A stretch of 64,000 nucleotides of DNA from an uncultured delta proteobacterium (GCA_963778655.1 CAVZVA010000005.1:416001-480000), one strand, 5' to 3'; positions 33,692-43,935 are shown, numbered from the stretch's first letter. The notes: generated from the letters alone by a model not told the origin. Made by a program: numbers and translations.

Positions 33692-34918
33692 TCAGTCGAA
33701 GGAGTAGGAGGCCATCAAGGAGATGGGGAGCGCGTAGTGCTCGTGGCCGTCGCCGCTGTCGTGTAGGGTGAAGAACGGGGTGTCCACCCGTACCATCGCG
33801 TCCAGGCGCGAGCCGTGCAGGCGCAGGAACTCCACGCCCAGCTCGCCGAACGCCCCCATCCCGCTGCCGTCGAGCGTGAAGTAGTCGTAGCGCACCGACG
33901 AGCTCGCGGGCGCGTCGTAGCGCCGCTGCGCGCCCAGCCACAGGATGCCCACGCCGCCGCCGACGAACGGTGAGATGTCGGCCTCGTTGAGGAAGTAGCG
34001 CGCCCCGACCGAGATCCCGACCAGCGATGCATCGCCGTTGCCCGAGCTCGAGCCGCCCACCCGCAGGTCGACCCCGACCGCGTAGCGCGCCGCCTCGTAA
34101 TACACGCGCCCGAACGCGCCGAATCCGCCGTAGGTGTCGTCGGGCAGCGCGAAGCCGAGCACGCCGAGCGCGAACTTGGTCTCGCCGTACTCCTTCTGGT
34201 ACGGGCGCGTCTCTTGGCCGACCAGGCTGTGCAGCTTGGCCGTCTGCGCAAGCGGTGTGCCGTGGACCAGCGAGTCGGCGATGCGCGGCGCCGCGACGGC
34301 GACCTCCTCGATGCCGTTGAGCTGCAGCGTGCGCGCTTGCTCGCGCGTGCCGACCGGCGCCTCGTACGCGACCTCCAGCACCACGACGTAGCCCAGTGGA
34401 TGCACTCCCACCACGTACGCCGGGCTTCCGGCCGATACGCTCGCGCGGGCGACCGGCTCGGTCGCCACATCTGCGCCCGCGTCCTGCAGCGCCTGACACA
34501 CCAGCCGCGCGCTGGTCCGCGCATCCGCCACCGCGATCCCCTCATACGCCCCGAGCACGCAAGCCGCCCTGGCAGGCATGGCCGCAGGCCCGGCCGCGGT
34601 TGCAGGCGTGGTCGCGGTCGCGGTCGCGGTTGCGGTCGCAGGCGTGGTCGTGTTCGCGGTCGCAGGCGCAGGCGCAGGCGTGACCGCGGTCGCGGGCGCA
34701 GGCGGACTCGCATCATCGGTCGGGGTTGCTGGCGCAGCCACCGTCCCGGCGGCACCGGCCGGCCCAGGCGTGCTCGTGCTCGTGCCCGTCCCCCCGCTCC
34801 CCCCGGCAGGGGCCCCCTGCGCGTGCGCATGCGCTGTCCATCCCATGCACGCCGCGACCCCGTATCCCATCAACACACCTGCGACCCACATCAACCTGCC
34901 TGCCGCCCATCCTTGCAT
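33692..34918 (-). CDS. Secreted protein with Thr/Ala/Pro linker and probable C-terminal outer-membrane beta-barrel
   Basis: Signal peptide ending AHAHA, (TA)n linker, alternating strands (VGARYF, PFVGGGVG), ends SYSFD. Confidence 0.7.
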   Translation of the reverse strand: MQGWAAGRLMWVAGVLMGYGVAACMGWTAHAHAQGAPAGGSGGTGTSTSTPGPAGAAGTVAAPATPTDDASPPAPATAVTPAPAPATANTTTPATATATATATTPATAAGPAAMPARAACVLGAYEGIAVADARTSARLVCQALQDAGADVATEPVARASVSAGSPAYVVGVHPLGYVVVLEVAYEAPVGTREQARTLQLNGIEEVAVAAPRIADSLVHGTPLAQTAKLHSLVGQETRPYQKEYGETKFALGVLGFALPDDTYGGFGAFGRVYYEAARYAVGVDLRVGGSSSGNGDASLVGISVGARYFLNEADISPFVGGGVGILWLGAQRRYDAPASSSVRYDYFTLDGSGMGAFGELGVEFLRLHGSRLDAMVRVDTPFFTLHDSGDGHEHYALPISLMASYSFD

Positions 34919-35154
34919 CGTCGCCCTCCCGCCGGCCGTTTCACGCCGCTTCGCCGCGGACTCTGCAAGCCGCGAGCCAGCCGCCCCGCACAAGCTCCAC
35001 CCTGTGCTCGCACCCGCGTTCAGGCCGCCTTTCCTGCGCTTTTGCAGGGTGCGACAAGCACGCACGGGCGCAACCCGCGATCCACGCGCGCCCCGCCCGG
35101 CATGCCGACCGTGACGCGCATGCCACACCCTGTTGCTGTCCGCCGCCACCCCGC

Positions 35155-35994
35155 TCACTGCACCGCGTACAGGCAGCAGCCCAGCTGGCAGTACCACCCC
35201 GCAGGGCAGGGCAGCTCGGGCGAGCACACCTGCTGCCCCGCGTTGCAGCGGTAGCGCGGCCCGCCGCCCGAGCCCGTGCACTCCGCGGGCAGGTCCAGCA
35301 CAGTGCGGCCGGGACACAGCTCGCATGCGCCGCAATCGTTGAAGCAACTCGTGCTCTGCACGCAGCGCGGGCACGCCTGCTCGTCGTCGAGCTTCTGCAG
35401 CGAGCACGTCTCGCGCAGCTGCACCGACACCCGGCTGCCATCGGGACGTCGCACCTCACAGCAGCCGAAGCAGTCGCAGCCGTTGGGCGCGCGCGGGCTG
35501 CACGCGTCGATGCATTGCTGGCTCACGTCGCAACTGCCACAGCTTCCCTTGGCGGGCGATGCGCCGGTCAGACACTCGGTCGGATAGCGGCAGCCGTCGT
35601 CGCCGCTGCCTGCGTTGTTGTCCCAGAAGCAGTCCTGGCAGCGGCTCTGTGGCGGCGCCGGCGCGCCGGTGGCGAAGCTGCTCTCGTCGTCGTCGAACGG
35701 ATTGGTGCACTCCGGGTCGAGCCCGTCGATCAGCCCGTCGCCGTCGTTATCGTTGCCGTCGTCGCAGGCGCAAGCACGGCCGCCGCACTGCGCCCGCTGG
35801 CGCGGCCCGGCGTCGCCCGCGTCGAGCGCGCCCGCCGCGTCGCGCGCGGCGTTGCCGTCCCGGCCCGCGTCGCGCGCGCTGGAGATTCCCGCGTCCGCCA
35901 TGCCGACCGCGCTCCCGGCGCGCGCGAAGTTGGTCGTGACGTCGCTGCAGGCCAGCAGCCAGCACACCGCGATCAGCCCGCAGGCGCGTTTCAT
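35155..35994 (-). CDS. Cys-rich lipoprotein with Ca-binding DNDGDG motif
   Basis: WLLAC lipobox, CDDGNDNDGDGLIDGLDPEC, many Cys pairs. Confidence 0.8.
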   Translation of the reverse strand: MKRACGLIAVCWLLACSDVTTNFARAGSAVGMADAGISSARDAGRDGNAARDAAGALDAGDAGPRQRAQCGGRACACDDGNDNDGDGLIDGLDPECTNPFDDDESSFATGAPAPPQSRCQDCFWDNNAGSGDDGCRYPTECLTGASPAKGSCGSCDVSQQCIDACSPRAPNGCDCFGCCEVRRPDGSRVSVQLRETCSLQKLDDEQACPRCVQSTSCFNDCGACELCPGRTVLDLPAECTGSGGGPRYRCNAGQQVCSPELPCPAGWYCQLGCCLYAVQ

Positions 35995-36103
35995 TGCGTA
36001 CCCTTCACTCACCGCAACGCGCATTCTGCAGCCAAACGCCGGCGAGCGCCCGCGCTCTGCGGCGACCACGAGCGAGCGTAGCGAGCCCCCGCAACCGGTC
36101 TCC

Positions 36104-37408
36104 TCAGCGCTCGCGGTCTAGACCCGTGCGCAGCGTCTGCAAGCGCGCGCCGGCCTCGTGCCGGAAGCGCCCGTGCGGGTAGCGCTGCAGGTAGCGTTCG
36201 AGCGCCTGCACCGCGGCCTCGCGCTGGCCGCGGTCGGCCTGCAGCCGCGCCGCTGCGAAGAGCGCGTTCTCGCCCGCGGGCAGCGAGCCGAACGCACGCG
36301 CCACCCGCAGGTACGCCTCGATCGCCGCGCCGGCGTCGCCTTCTACCAGCGCGCACTCCGCGCGCAGCGACAGCGCCTCCGCGCGCTCGACCGCGCCCGA
36401 CCCGAGCGTCAAGGCCGCGTCGATGCGCTGGCGCGCGCGCGCTACCTGCCGCGCGCCGAGCGCCTCCTGCGCCTCGCGCAACAGCTCGCCTGCGCGCCTC
36501 GCGTCGTGCGCCCGCGCCCCGCCTCGCGCCGGCGTCGCTTCCCGCGCCGCGCTTGCCGGCTCGGCCGCCAGCCCGGCGAGCTCGAAGCTCTGGCCCGCGG
36601 TGAGCGCCGCGGCCAGCTCGCGTCCGTCCGGCCCGAGCACGCGCACGCGCCCGCGCTCGACCCGCACCCCGCCCTCGGTGACCTCGAAGCGCGTGCCCAG
36701 CACCCACACCGAAAAGCCCGCCGTGCGCACCGTGAACGGCGCGTGCGCCCGCGGATCCACGTCCGCGAGCAGGCTGCCGTGCTCCAGCTGCAGGCTGTGC
36801 GCGCCCCCGTCCCAGCGCACCTCGGTGCCGGGCCGCAGCTCCACCGTGGCCTGCGCCAGCGCGACGCGCGCGCCGGCGATGGTGCGCAGCACCGCGCCCG
36901 AGGCAAGCGCGCTGCCCGTGCCCTGCGTGCGGCCGTCCAGCTCGATCTGTCCCGCGAGCACGCGATCACCACGCGCGCCAGCCGCCGCCGCAACCAACGT
37001 CGTGCTCGCGTTCGCGCCGCGCGCGACTTGCGGCGGCCGCGCCGCGACCGTGTCGCGCTTCGCGTCCGGCCGTAGCGAAAGGCCCAACCCGAGCCCCACC
37101 ACCGCCGCCGCCGCCAGCGAGCCGCCCCACACCATCAGCACGCGCGAGCGCGCCCCGGGCGCCCCCTCGTGCGCTCTGTCCGCGGCGTGCGCGAGCGCGC
37201 CCCGGATCACCTGCTCGCGCTGAAACGCGCTCAGCGTTCCGTCGGGCGATTGCGACAGCCCGCGCAGGGCGTCGAGCATGCGCGCGTCTTGGCTGCAGCG
37301 CGCGCAGCCGGCCAGGTGCTCCTCCAGCCGCAGCGCATCGGCCGCGGCCAGGCCGGCGGCGCGGCGCTCGAGTAGCAGACCTGCACGCACGCAACCCAGC
37401 CCCTTCAT
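36104..37408 (-). CDS. Anti-sigma factor: zf-HC2 + TM + FecR + TPR
   Basis: HLAGCARC, TM helix, VLGTRFEV..VRVERGRV, YLQRYPHG; ATGA overlap with the sigma gene. Confidence 0.85.
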   Translation of the reverse strand: MKGLGCVRAGLLLERRAAGLAAADALRLEEHLAGCARCSQDARMLDALRGLSQSPDGTLSAFQREQVIRGALAHAADRAHEGAPGARSRVLMVWGGSLAAAAVVGLGLGLSLRPDAKRDTVAARPPQVARGANASTTLVAAAAGARGDRVLAGQIELDGRTQGTGSALASGAVLRTIAGARVALAQATVELRPGTEVRWDGGAHSLQLEHGSLLADVDPRAHAPFTVRTAGFSVWVLGTRFEVTEGGVRVERGRVRVLGPDGRELAAALTAGQSFELAGLAAEPASAAREATPARGGARAHDARRAGELLREAQEALGARQVARARQRIDAALTLGSGAVERAEALSLRAECALVEGDAGAAIEAYLRVARAFGSLPAGENALFAAARLQADRGQREAAVQALERYLQRYPHGRFRHEAGARLQTLRTGLDRER

Positions 37409-38010
37409 GGCTCACCTTCCTGCACCAGCTCGCGCAGCAGCGGATCGCGTGCCGCGCGCCGCAGCAGCTCGCGGCGCGCCCAGAACACGCGCGACTTCGT
37501 CGCGGCCACGCTCGCGCCGGTGAGCGCCGCCACCTCCTCCATCGGATGACCCTCGAACACGTGCAGCACGAACGCCACCCGTTTCTTGGCGCCGATCGCC
37601 GAGAGGTGTGCCTGCAAGCGCTGCACGCGGCGCCGCGCGTCGAGCTCGCGCTCTGCGGGCGTGCCCGGCGCTGCGCTCTCCTCCAGCCCCGGCAGCTCGC
37701 CGCGCCGGCGGTGGCCCGCGCTGCGCAGCCGCTCCATCGCGACCCGCACCGCGATCCGCGCCAGCCAGGTGCGCACCTGCGCCTCGCCGCGGAAGCGCGG
37801 AAACGCGCGGATCGCCGCGATGAACGTGCTCTGCAGCAGGTCCTCGACCTCGAGCGACGAGCCGACCACGCGGCCCAGCAGTCGCTCCAGGTACGGCCCG
37901 TGGGTCACGAACACCGCACGCAGGGCCTGTGCGTCGCCGCGCCGGCACGCCTCCACCAGATCCAGCTCCTGCTGGCGGACCTCCGACCGAATCTGGATCA
38001 GCTCGCCCAT
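37405..38010 (-). CDS. ECF RNA polymerase sigma factor
   Basis: VEDLLQSTF, FRGEAQVRTWL, RVAFVLHVFEG, TKSRVFWAR. Confidence 0.92.
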   Translation of the reverse strand: MGELIQIRSEVRQQELDLVEACRRGDAQALRAVFVTHGPYLERLLGRVVGSSLEVEDLLQSTFIAAIRAFPRFRGEAQVRTWLARIAVRVAMERLRSAGHRRRGELPGLEESAAPGTPAERELDARRRVQRLQAHLSAIGAKKRVAFVLHVFEGHPMEEVAALTGASVAATKSRVFWARRELLRRAARDPLLRELVQEGEP

Positions 38011-38143
38011 GGGGTCAGTCCTCGCGGCGGGGTTCCGGTCGGCGGGCTGTGCAGGGCTCCACCCCGTATGGGCTGCGGCGCATCGTGGCTTTTTCCAATG
38101 GGAGCGCCTGTCGTGGCACCCTCGGGTAATTGTGTGGCCCAGG

Positions 38144-39292
38144 GTGGCGAGGTTGAAGGGAATTGCGACCTTCGGGCTGCTGGCGCTGGTGGGGGCCGGA
38201 CACGCCCGAGCCGATGACCGCGTGCTGCTGCTGCAGAACCCCGGCCGCCCCGATTCGGGCCTGCTTTCGGCGCTGCGCATCCAGCTTACCGGTGCGGCGG
38301 ACGCCGACAGCCGCCCCGCGCCTGCGAACGCGCGCGACACGCCGGCGCGGATCGAGGCGGCAGCCGCCCTGGCCCGCTCCGAGCACGCCTTGCTGGTGGT
38401 GTGGGTGGACGGCCCGCTCGTGCTGCCCGACGGTGCGCGCGAGGCGGTGCTGTATGTGGTCGGCCAGCGCCAGGGCCGCGCGTTGCTGGAAGTGGTGCAC
38501 GTGCCGGGCGAGCACGGGCCCGATCTCGAGCGCAGCCTGGCCCTGAAGGTACGCGAGGTGGTCGACCAGCTGCGGCAGCAAGCCGCGGCCGCGCGCCGGG
38601 CCGCGGCGGTGCAGCCGGCCGGCGCCGGCCAAGCCGCTGCTGCGGGCGCGGCCGGCGGCGCACAGCCGGCCGGCGGCGAGCCCGCAGCCGCGCTCGGCGG
38701 CGCGCTCATCGCCAGCCCCACGCCAGTCCCCGCTCCGGCCGCGCAGCGCGAGCCCGGCTCAGCACTCGGCCTCACGCTCGGCTTCGACGCCGTGGCCAGC
38801 GCGCAGGCCGGCACCGCGCTCGGCTGGTGGGGCCTGCAGGCGCACGCGGGCCCGGAGCTGCGCGCAGCGGCGTGGCGGCTCGACGCGCAGGCCGTGCTGC
38901 GCTGGCTGCCCTCGCTGCAGCTGCGGCGCGAGCAGGCCAGCGTGCGCGTCGAGCAGGTGTCGCCCGGTCTGCTGCTGCACGCGCGCATGCGCGGCGGTCC
39001 GCTGTGGATCGGGGCCTACGCCGGGGCCGCGTTCGCGCTGGTCGACGCCAGCGGCCGCGACGCCGCGGGAGACGTGGGCCGCCGCAGCCCAGTGCTGCCC
39101 GTGCTGTGCACCGGGCTCGCGCTCGAGCTGCCGGTCGCCGCGGGGCTCGGCCTCGAGCTCGGCCTGGAGCTGCGCGCCTACTTCGCGCGCCGGCGCTTTG
39201 CGGTCGACGGCGTGCCGGTGGTGGACCTCGGCCGCACGCGCCCTTCGCTGTCGCTGGGCCTGACCTACGGCTATGGACCCGAGCACAGATAA
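38144..39292 (+). CDS. Exported hypothetical protein with C-terminal beta-strand domain
   Basis: Signal peptide ending AGHARA, divergent from the ECF sigma gene. Confidence 0.7.
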   Translation: MARLKGIATFGLLALVGAGHARADDRVLLLQNPGRPDSGLLSALRIQLTGAADADSRPAPANARDTPARIEAAAALARSEHALLVVWVDGPLVLPDGAREAVLYVVGQRQGRALLEVVHVPGEHGPDLERSLALKVREVVDQLRQQAAAARRAAAVQPAGAGQAAAAGAAGGAQPAGGEPAAALGGALIASPTPVPAPAAQREPGSALGLTLGFDAVASAQAGTALGWWGLQAHAGPELRAAAWRLDAQAVLRWLPSLQLRREQASVRVEQVSPGLLLHARMRGGPLWIGAYAGAAFALVDASGRDAAGDVGRRSPVLPVLCTGLALELPVAAGLGLELGLELRAYFARRRFAVDGVPVVDLGRTRPSLSLGLTYGYGPEHR

Positions 39293-39437
39293 CCTGCTCA
39301 GCTGTGGCTCGTGGGCGGGCGCGTTCGCGGCTTTCGTCCGCGAAAGAATCCCCGAAATACATCGAGTATTCCTGTGGCTCTTTCTGCGGGCGCGCTCGCG
39401 ATCGGACTCCGCCGATAAGCCGGCCGTGATCAGGTTG
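39290..39437. mobile_element. Degenerate MITE-like hairpin element C
   Basis: TIR aacctgctca / tgatcaggtt; centre gaaatacatcgagtattcctgtg matches the reverse complement of the centre of element A. Confidence 0.6.
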
Positions 39438-39518
39438 TTTTGTGCTTTCGGGTCCTATCCGTCGCGGTGACCCCGCCCGGTCGCGCGGCGCATGGGTGAC
39501 GCCCCGCCGGTTTGACGT

Positions 39519-41204
39519 ATGATGCGGCCGGTGCGTGGGTTTGGTGCGGGTTTGGCGCGCGGTTGCATCGCGCTGATCGGGCTGTGCGGGCTGGTGCAGC
39601 CAGCCCACGCGCAGCAAGCGCTCAGCGCCAGCCCGCTCGCCAAGCGGGCGCTGCGCATCGACGGCGACCTGCGCGACTGGCTCGGCCCGCGCTTCGCGCA
39701 GGTGGGCGACGCAGAGGGCGGCTCCTTCGACTACGCGCTCGGCTTCGATGCGCAGGCGCTGTACATCGGGGTGCGTGTACGCGACGACGACTTCGTGCGC
39801 ACGCGCCACCCAGGGCCAGCCGAGGACGCGGTGGTGCTGACGCTGGCGATGCCCCGTGCGGGTGCGGCGCCGCTGCAGAGCGCGTTGTGGCTGTACGCCG
39901 GCATCCCCGGCAAGCTCGCAGCGCAGGCCGCAATCGCCACCGGCTCCGCGCGCCCTTTGCCGAGCAAGGCGGTCAGCGTGGTCGAGGGCCCGCTGACGCG
40001 CGGCGGCGCGCGCGGCTACGTGCTCGAGGCGCGCGTGCCGTGGAGCGCGATCCCCGGTAGCGCCGAGCGCATGATCGCGCGCGGCGCGATCGCGCTGCAC
40101 GACGTCGACGGCAAGCGGGGCGCGCGCCCGACGCGGCTGTCGTCCGCGGGGCCGACGCTCGCGCCGCTGCAGCTCGGCGACGGCGGCAACGCCGCAATCG
40201 CGGCCTTCCTGCGCGAGAAGAAGCTCGCCTCGGGCGTGACCTTCGACCTGACCGGTGACCTCGCGGGTGACGCGCGCCTGGAGCGCGTGGTGCTGGCCGG
40301 CACCTATGCGGTGGTGGCCGGCCCCGACACCCAGAACGGCAAGGGCTACGGGTTTCTCGACCTGCCGGTGCCGATGGCCTCGGACGTGCTGAGCGCCGAG
40401 CTCAAGGACGTCACCGGCGACGGCAAGGCCGAGCTGCTGGTGCGCCTGCGCGAGCAGCCGGATGCGCCACGCGCTTACAGCTGGGACGGGACGCGCTTCT
40501 CGCTGCTGCCGCCGCCCGCGCCGCCGCCCGGCGCCACCGTGCCCGCCGCGGTCGCAGCGGCACGCGCAGCGCCCGAGCCCGCACCGCCGCCGGTGGCGCA
40601 CCCGGCTCCGCCCGGCGCGACCGAGCTGATCGCGGCTTTCCGCGAGGCGCGCGGCATCGACCCGGCGCTCGAGCCGCGCTTCCTGCAGCACGTCAACGTG
40701 GCCGAAGACGCGCGGCTCGAGTCACTGATGCTGTTCGGCAAGGACCTGCTGGTGATCGGCAAGGGCTACCGTGGCGGAACCGGATACTTCTACTTTGCGC
40801 TACCGGTGCGCGACGCCGCCGATATCGAGCGGCTGTTCACCGCCGACGTGACCGGCGACGGCCGGCGCGAGCTGTTCGTGCGCTTCAAGCAGGACATCGG
40901 CGACGTGCGGCGCGAGATCCTGCTCGGCTATACCTTCACCAATACGGGGATGAGCCCGATTCTCGCGGTCGAGGTGCGTCGCGAGCAAAACGGCGCGAGC
41001 GTGGGCAACGTGGTGCGCTTGCTGCACGAGCGCGGCCACTACGCGCTGCGCATCGCGCCCGGCCGCGCGCGCGGCTGGGATGCCGGCAGCTACCCGTTCG
41101 TCGCCGAGTCGAGCGACGGCTACGGGCCACTGCTGCTGCCCTGGAAAGATCGGCCGCTGCGCTACCGATTCAATGGCGAGCAGCTGGTGGGCCACGGGCA
41201 GTGA
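39519..41204 (+). CDS. Secreted protein with CBM9/DOMON-like N-terminus and FG-GAP-like repeats
   Basis: IDGDLRDW, LYIGVRVRDD, GYVLEARVPW; DVTGDGKAEL and DVTGDGRREL. Confidence 0.7.
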   Translation: MMRPVRGFGAGLARGCIALIGLCGLVQPAHAQQALSASPLAKRALRIDGDLRDWLGPRFAQVGDAEGGSFDYALGFDAQALYIGVRVRDDDFVRTRHPGPAEDAVVLTLAMPRAGAAPLQSALWLYAGIPGKLAAQAAIATGSARPLPSKAVSVVEGPLTRGGARGYVLEARVPWSAIPGSAERMIARGAIALHDVDGKRGARPTRLSSAGPTLAPLQLGDGGNAAIAAFLREKKLASGVTFDLTGDLAGDARLERVVLAGTYAVVAGPDTQNGKGYGFLDLPVPMASDVLSAELKDVTGDGKAELLVRLREQPDAPRAYSWDGTRFSLLPPPAPPPGATVPAAVAAARAAPEPAPPPVAHPAPPGATELIAAFREARGIDPALEPRFLQHVNVAEDARLESLMLFGKDLLVIGKGYRGGTGYFYFALPVRDAADIERLFTADVTGDGRRELFVRFKQDIGDVRREILLGYTFTNTGMSPILAVEVRREQNGASVGNVVRLLHERGHYALRIAPGRARGWDAGSYPFVAESSDGYGPLLLPWKDRPLRYRFNGEQLVGHGQ

Positions 41205-41291
41205 CGCACGCGCTTGCTTTCTCGGCAAGCGCGTGCATGTTTGGGCAGCGCAGCTGCAGCACCCGCGACCACCTCGCGCGCTCGTAGTCCC

Positions 41292-42410
41292 GTGAACGCC
41301 TCCCTCGACATCGACGCACAGACCCAGGCGCTGCTGGAAACATACGGCTTCGACCGTGCGCTGTTCGAGCGCCTGCGCGCACACTTGCGCGCGGGCGAGC
41401 TCGACGCCGGCGCCAACCGCGTGCGCGGGCGGCTCGAGCCGCCGGCGGCGGGCGATGTCCGGCTCCTGCCCGACAGCGGCAGCCAGCAGCGCCAGGCGCT
41501 GGCGCAGCGGGGCGAGGCGGCGCTGCGCGCAGGCCAGGTCGGCTGCGTCGTTCTGGCCGGCGGGATGGCCACGCGCTTCGGCGGCGTGGTCAAGGCCGCG
41601 GTGCCCGCGTTACCGGGCCGCAGCTTCCTCTCGCTCAAGCTCGCCGACTTCCGTCGCGTCGCGCGCGCGGCCGGCGTGCGCATCCCCGTGTTCGTGATGT
41701 CGAGCTTTGCCACCCACGCTGCGCTGCTCGAGCTGATCGAGACCGAGCGTTGCGACGAGCTGGCGCTCGAAGTGTTTCCGCAGCTGATCTCGCTGCGGCT
41801 CGCGCTCGACGGTGGGCTGTTTCGCGAGGACGGCAAGCTTTCGCCCTACGCGCCCGGTCACGGCGATCTCAGCTTCGCGTTGCGCCGCAGTGGCGCGCTG
41901 CAGCGCTTCCTGGCGGGCGGCGGCCGCCTGCTCGCCACCTCCAACGTCGACAACCTCGGCGCCACGCTCGAGCCCGCGGTGCTAGGCGCGCACCTGCAGA
42001 GCGGCGCCGAGATGACCGCCGAGGTCGCGGCGCGCGGCAGGGGCGAGCTGGGCGGCGCGCCGGCCCGGCTCGACGGCCGGCTGCAGATCATCGAGGACTT
42101 CCGCTTCCCGCCCGAGGTCGAGCTCGGCCGCTTCCCCTATTTCAACACCAACACCTTCGTGCTCGACGCGCGCGCGCTCGACCGGGACTTCGCGCTGACC
42201 TGGTTCGTGGTGCGCAAGCGCGTCGGTGGCCAAGAGGCGATCCAGTTCGAGCACCTGGTCGGCGAGCTGTCGGCGTTCCTGAGCTGCAGCTGCGTGGAAG
42301 TGGCACGCGATGGGCGGGACGGACGCTTCCAGCCGGCCAAGGATCCGGAGGAGCTGGAGCGGAGACGGCCAGAGATCGAAAAGATCTTGAGGGCGCGCGG
42401 GGTGATCTGA
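41292..42410 (+). CDS. UDPGP-family nucleotidyltransferase (eukaryote-type UTP-sugar-1-phosphate uridylyltransferase)
   Basis: LAGGMATRFG, PGHGD, SNVDNLGA, FNTNT. Confidence 0.85.
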   Translation: MNASLDIDAQTQALLETYGFDRALFERLRAHLRAGELDAGANRVRGRLEPPAAGDVRLLPDSGSQQRQALAQRGEAALRAGQVGCVVLAGGMATRFGGVVKAAVPALPGRSFLSLKLADFRRVARAAGVRIPVFVMSSFATHAALLELIETERCDELALEVFPQLISLRLALDGGLFREDGKLSPYAPGHGDLSFALRRSGALQRFLAGGGRLLATSNVDNLGATLEPAVLGAHLQSGAEMTAEVAARGRGELGGAPARLDGRLQIIEDFRFPPEVELGRFPYFNTNTFVLDARALDRDFALTWFVVRKRVGGQEAIQFEHLVGELSAFLSCSCVEVARDGRDGRFQPAKDPEELERRRPEIEKILRARGVI

Positions 42411-42579
42411 GGAGTGGGGCAGGGCCGGAGGGCGCGAGCACGAGGACGAACGGGAACGCGGGTGCCGCGGGAGCACCAACAATCCTTCCCGTCTTCCGTT
42501 GATCCTCCAGACCGCCTGGCCCAGACGCAGACGCCACCTGATAGGCTGTCGCGCGGTGACGGCGGGTTGGCGCGGATGG

Positions 42580-43704
42580 ATGCTGGCGTCGGCGATGGTC
42601 GCAGTGCTTGCGCTAGCGGCTTGCCCGGGGCGGCGGCCGTTTTGTCGGCTTGGAGTCGAGCACGAGATCGGGCGCACGCACGAGAAGCAGATCGACGCGG
42701 TCGCGCTGGGGGCGCTCGGCTCGCGCTTGATCGCGCTGTGGTCGGTGCCGCGCGGGCTGTACGCGCGCGCGCTCGACCTCGAAGCTCGCCCGCTGGCCGC
42801 GCCGCTGCGCCTGGGCGAGCGCTGCGAGGGCGGGGTCGCGGTGCTGGCGGACGGCGGCGCGTTTCAGGTCGCGTGCCTGCAGCATCCAGCGCGCGGCAAG
42901 CCTGGTGACCTCGGGGGCGTGCGATTGCTGCGCGTTGGTCCCGACCTCGGGCTGCAGGGCACGCGTCATCTGGGACGCGCGGGCAAGCTGAGTGAAGGCG
43001 TGGCGATGGCCCGCGGCTCCTCCGGCATCGAGCTGGTCTGGCACGATGCCTCGCCCGACGCCGAGCGCGTGTGGTGGGCTTCGCTGGGCGACGGCGGTGC
43101 CAGCGCCCGCGTCATCTCCGAGAAGGGTCGCCTCGCGGCCGCGCCGTCGATCGCCGCCTTCGACGGGCGCACCGTGACGACCTGGGCCGAGAACTGGCTG
43201 CAGCACGACAAGCTACAGACACGCATCGTGGCCTGGGAACGCCGCAGCCCGACGCGCACCCTGGTCACCGGTGTGCACGTGGCCGCCATGCCCGAGCTGT
43301 TCGCGCTCGGGTCGCAGCTCGTGCTCGGATACCGCGATCACCGGCCGCACCAGAAGATCGGCCTGTACCTGCAGCGCGTGCCCGCGCGCGGTCCGCTGCA
43401 CGGTAGCGCCGCGCGCGTGGGCCGCGCCGACGGCGTGGGCCGGCCCGCGCTGCAACCCTGCATGAACGGGCTGGTCGCAGCCACCCCGCGCACCTACGGC
43501 GGCGACTACTTCGTGGGCATCAACTGGCTCGACCCCACGTTGCACGCCCCGCGCGGCGAGCAACAGTTCTACGAAGACGCCCACGCCTTCACCCAGGTCG
43601 CCGCCGCCTGCACTCCTTCCCACGCCGTGCTGCTGATTGCCGAGTTCCCCCAGCTCTGGCGTGACAGCGCGGGCTTGCACGCGGTGCCGTACGCGTGCAA
43701 GTAG
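42580..43704 (+). CDS. Hypothetical lipoprotein
   Basis: LALAAC lipobox, beta-rich repeats. Confidence 0.65.
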   Translation: MLASAMVAVLALAACPGRRPFCRLGVEHEIGRTHEKQIDAVALGALGSRLIALWSVPRGLYARALDLEARPLAAPLRLGERCEGGVAVLADGGAFQVACLQHPARGKPGDLGGVRLLRVGPDLGLQGTRHLGRAGKLSEGVAMARGSSGIELVWHDASPDAERVWWASLGDGGASARVISEKGRLAAAPSIAAFDGRTVTTWAENWLQHDKLQTRIVAWERRSPTRTLVTGVHVAAMPELFALGSQLVLGYRDHRPHQKIGLYLQRVPARGPLHGSAARVGRADGVGRPALQPCMNGLVAATPRTYGGDYFVGINWLDPTLHAPRGEQQFYEDAHAFTQVAAACTPSHAVLLIAEFPQLWRDSAGLHAVPYACK

Positions 43705-43935
43705 CCAGGCGCGGTCGCCGAGTCAGGAGCACTGCGGCCGCGCTCGCTCGGGTGCTCGGCGGGCCGGAGGCGCTCGCCGCTCTTGCCCAACCAAGCCGCT
43801 CGTGCCGACTACTTGCGCCAGGCGCCGCACTGGCCGAGGCCGGCGCCCGGGGGCGGGCACGCGCCGCGCGCTCGGAAGCGGCTCGCCTTGGCCGCGGGCT
43901 AGTGTTACAGGTCAGGACACGGCAAGGGAGATCTC

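Noticed and set aside
34600..34700. Hexamer repeats gtcgcg/ggcgca as a phase-variable tract
   Set aside because: Imperfect, in frame, and encoding a Thr/Ala/Pro linker
39287..39441. attC-like site (TAAC...GTT after a stop codon)
   Set aside because: The ends do not fit RYYYAAC/GTTRRRY and there is no array; better explained as a relative of element A
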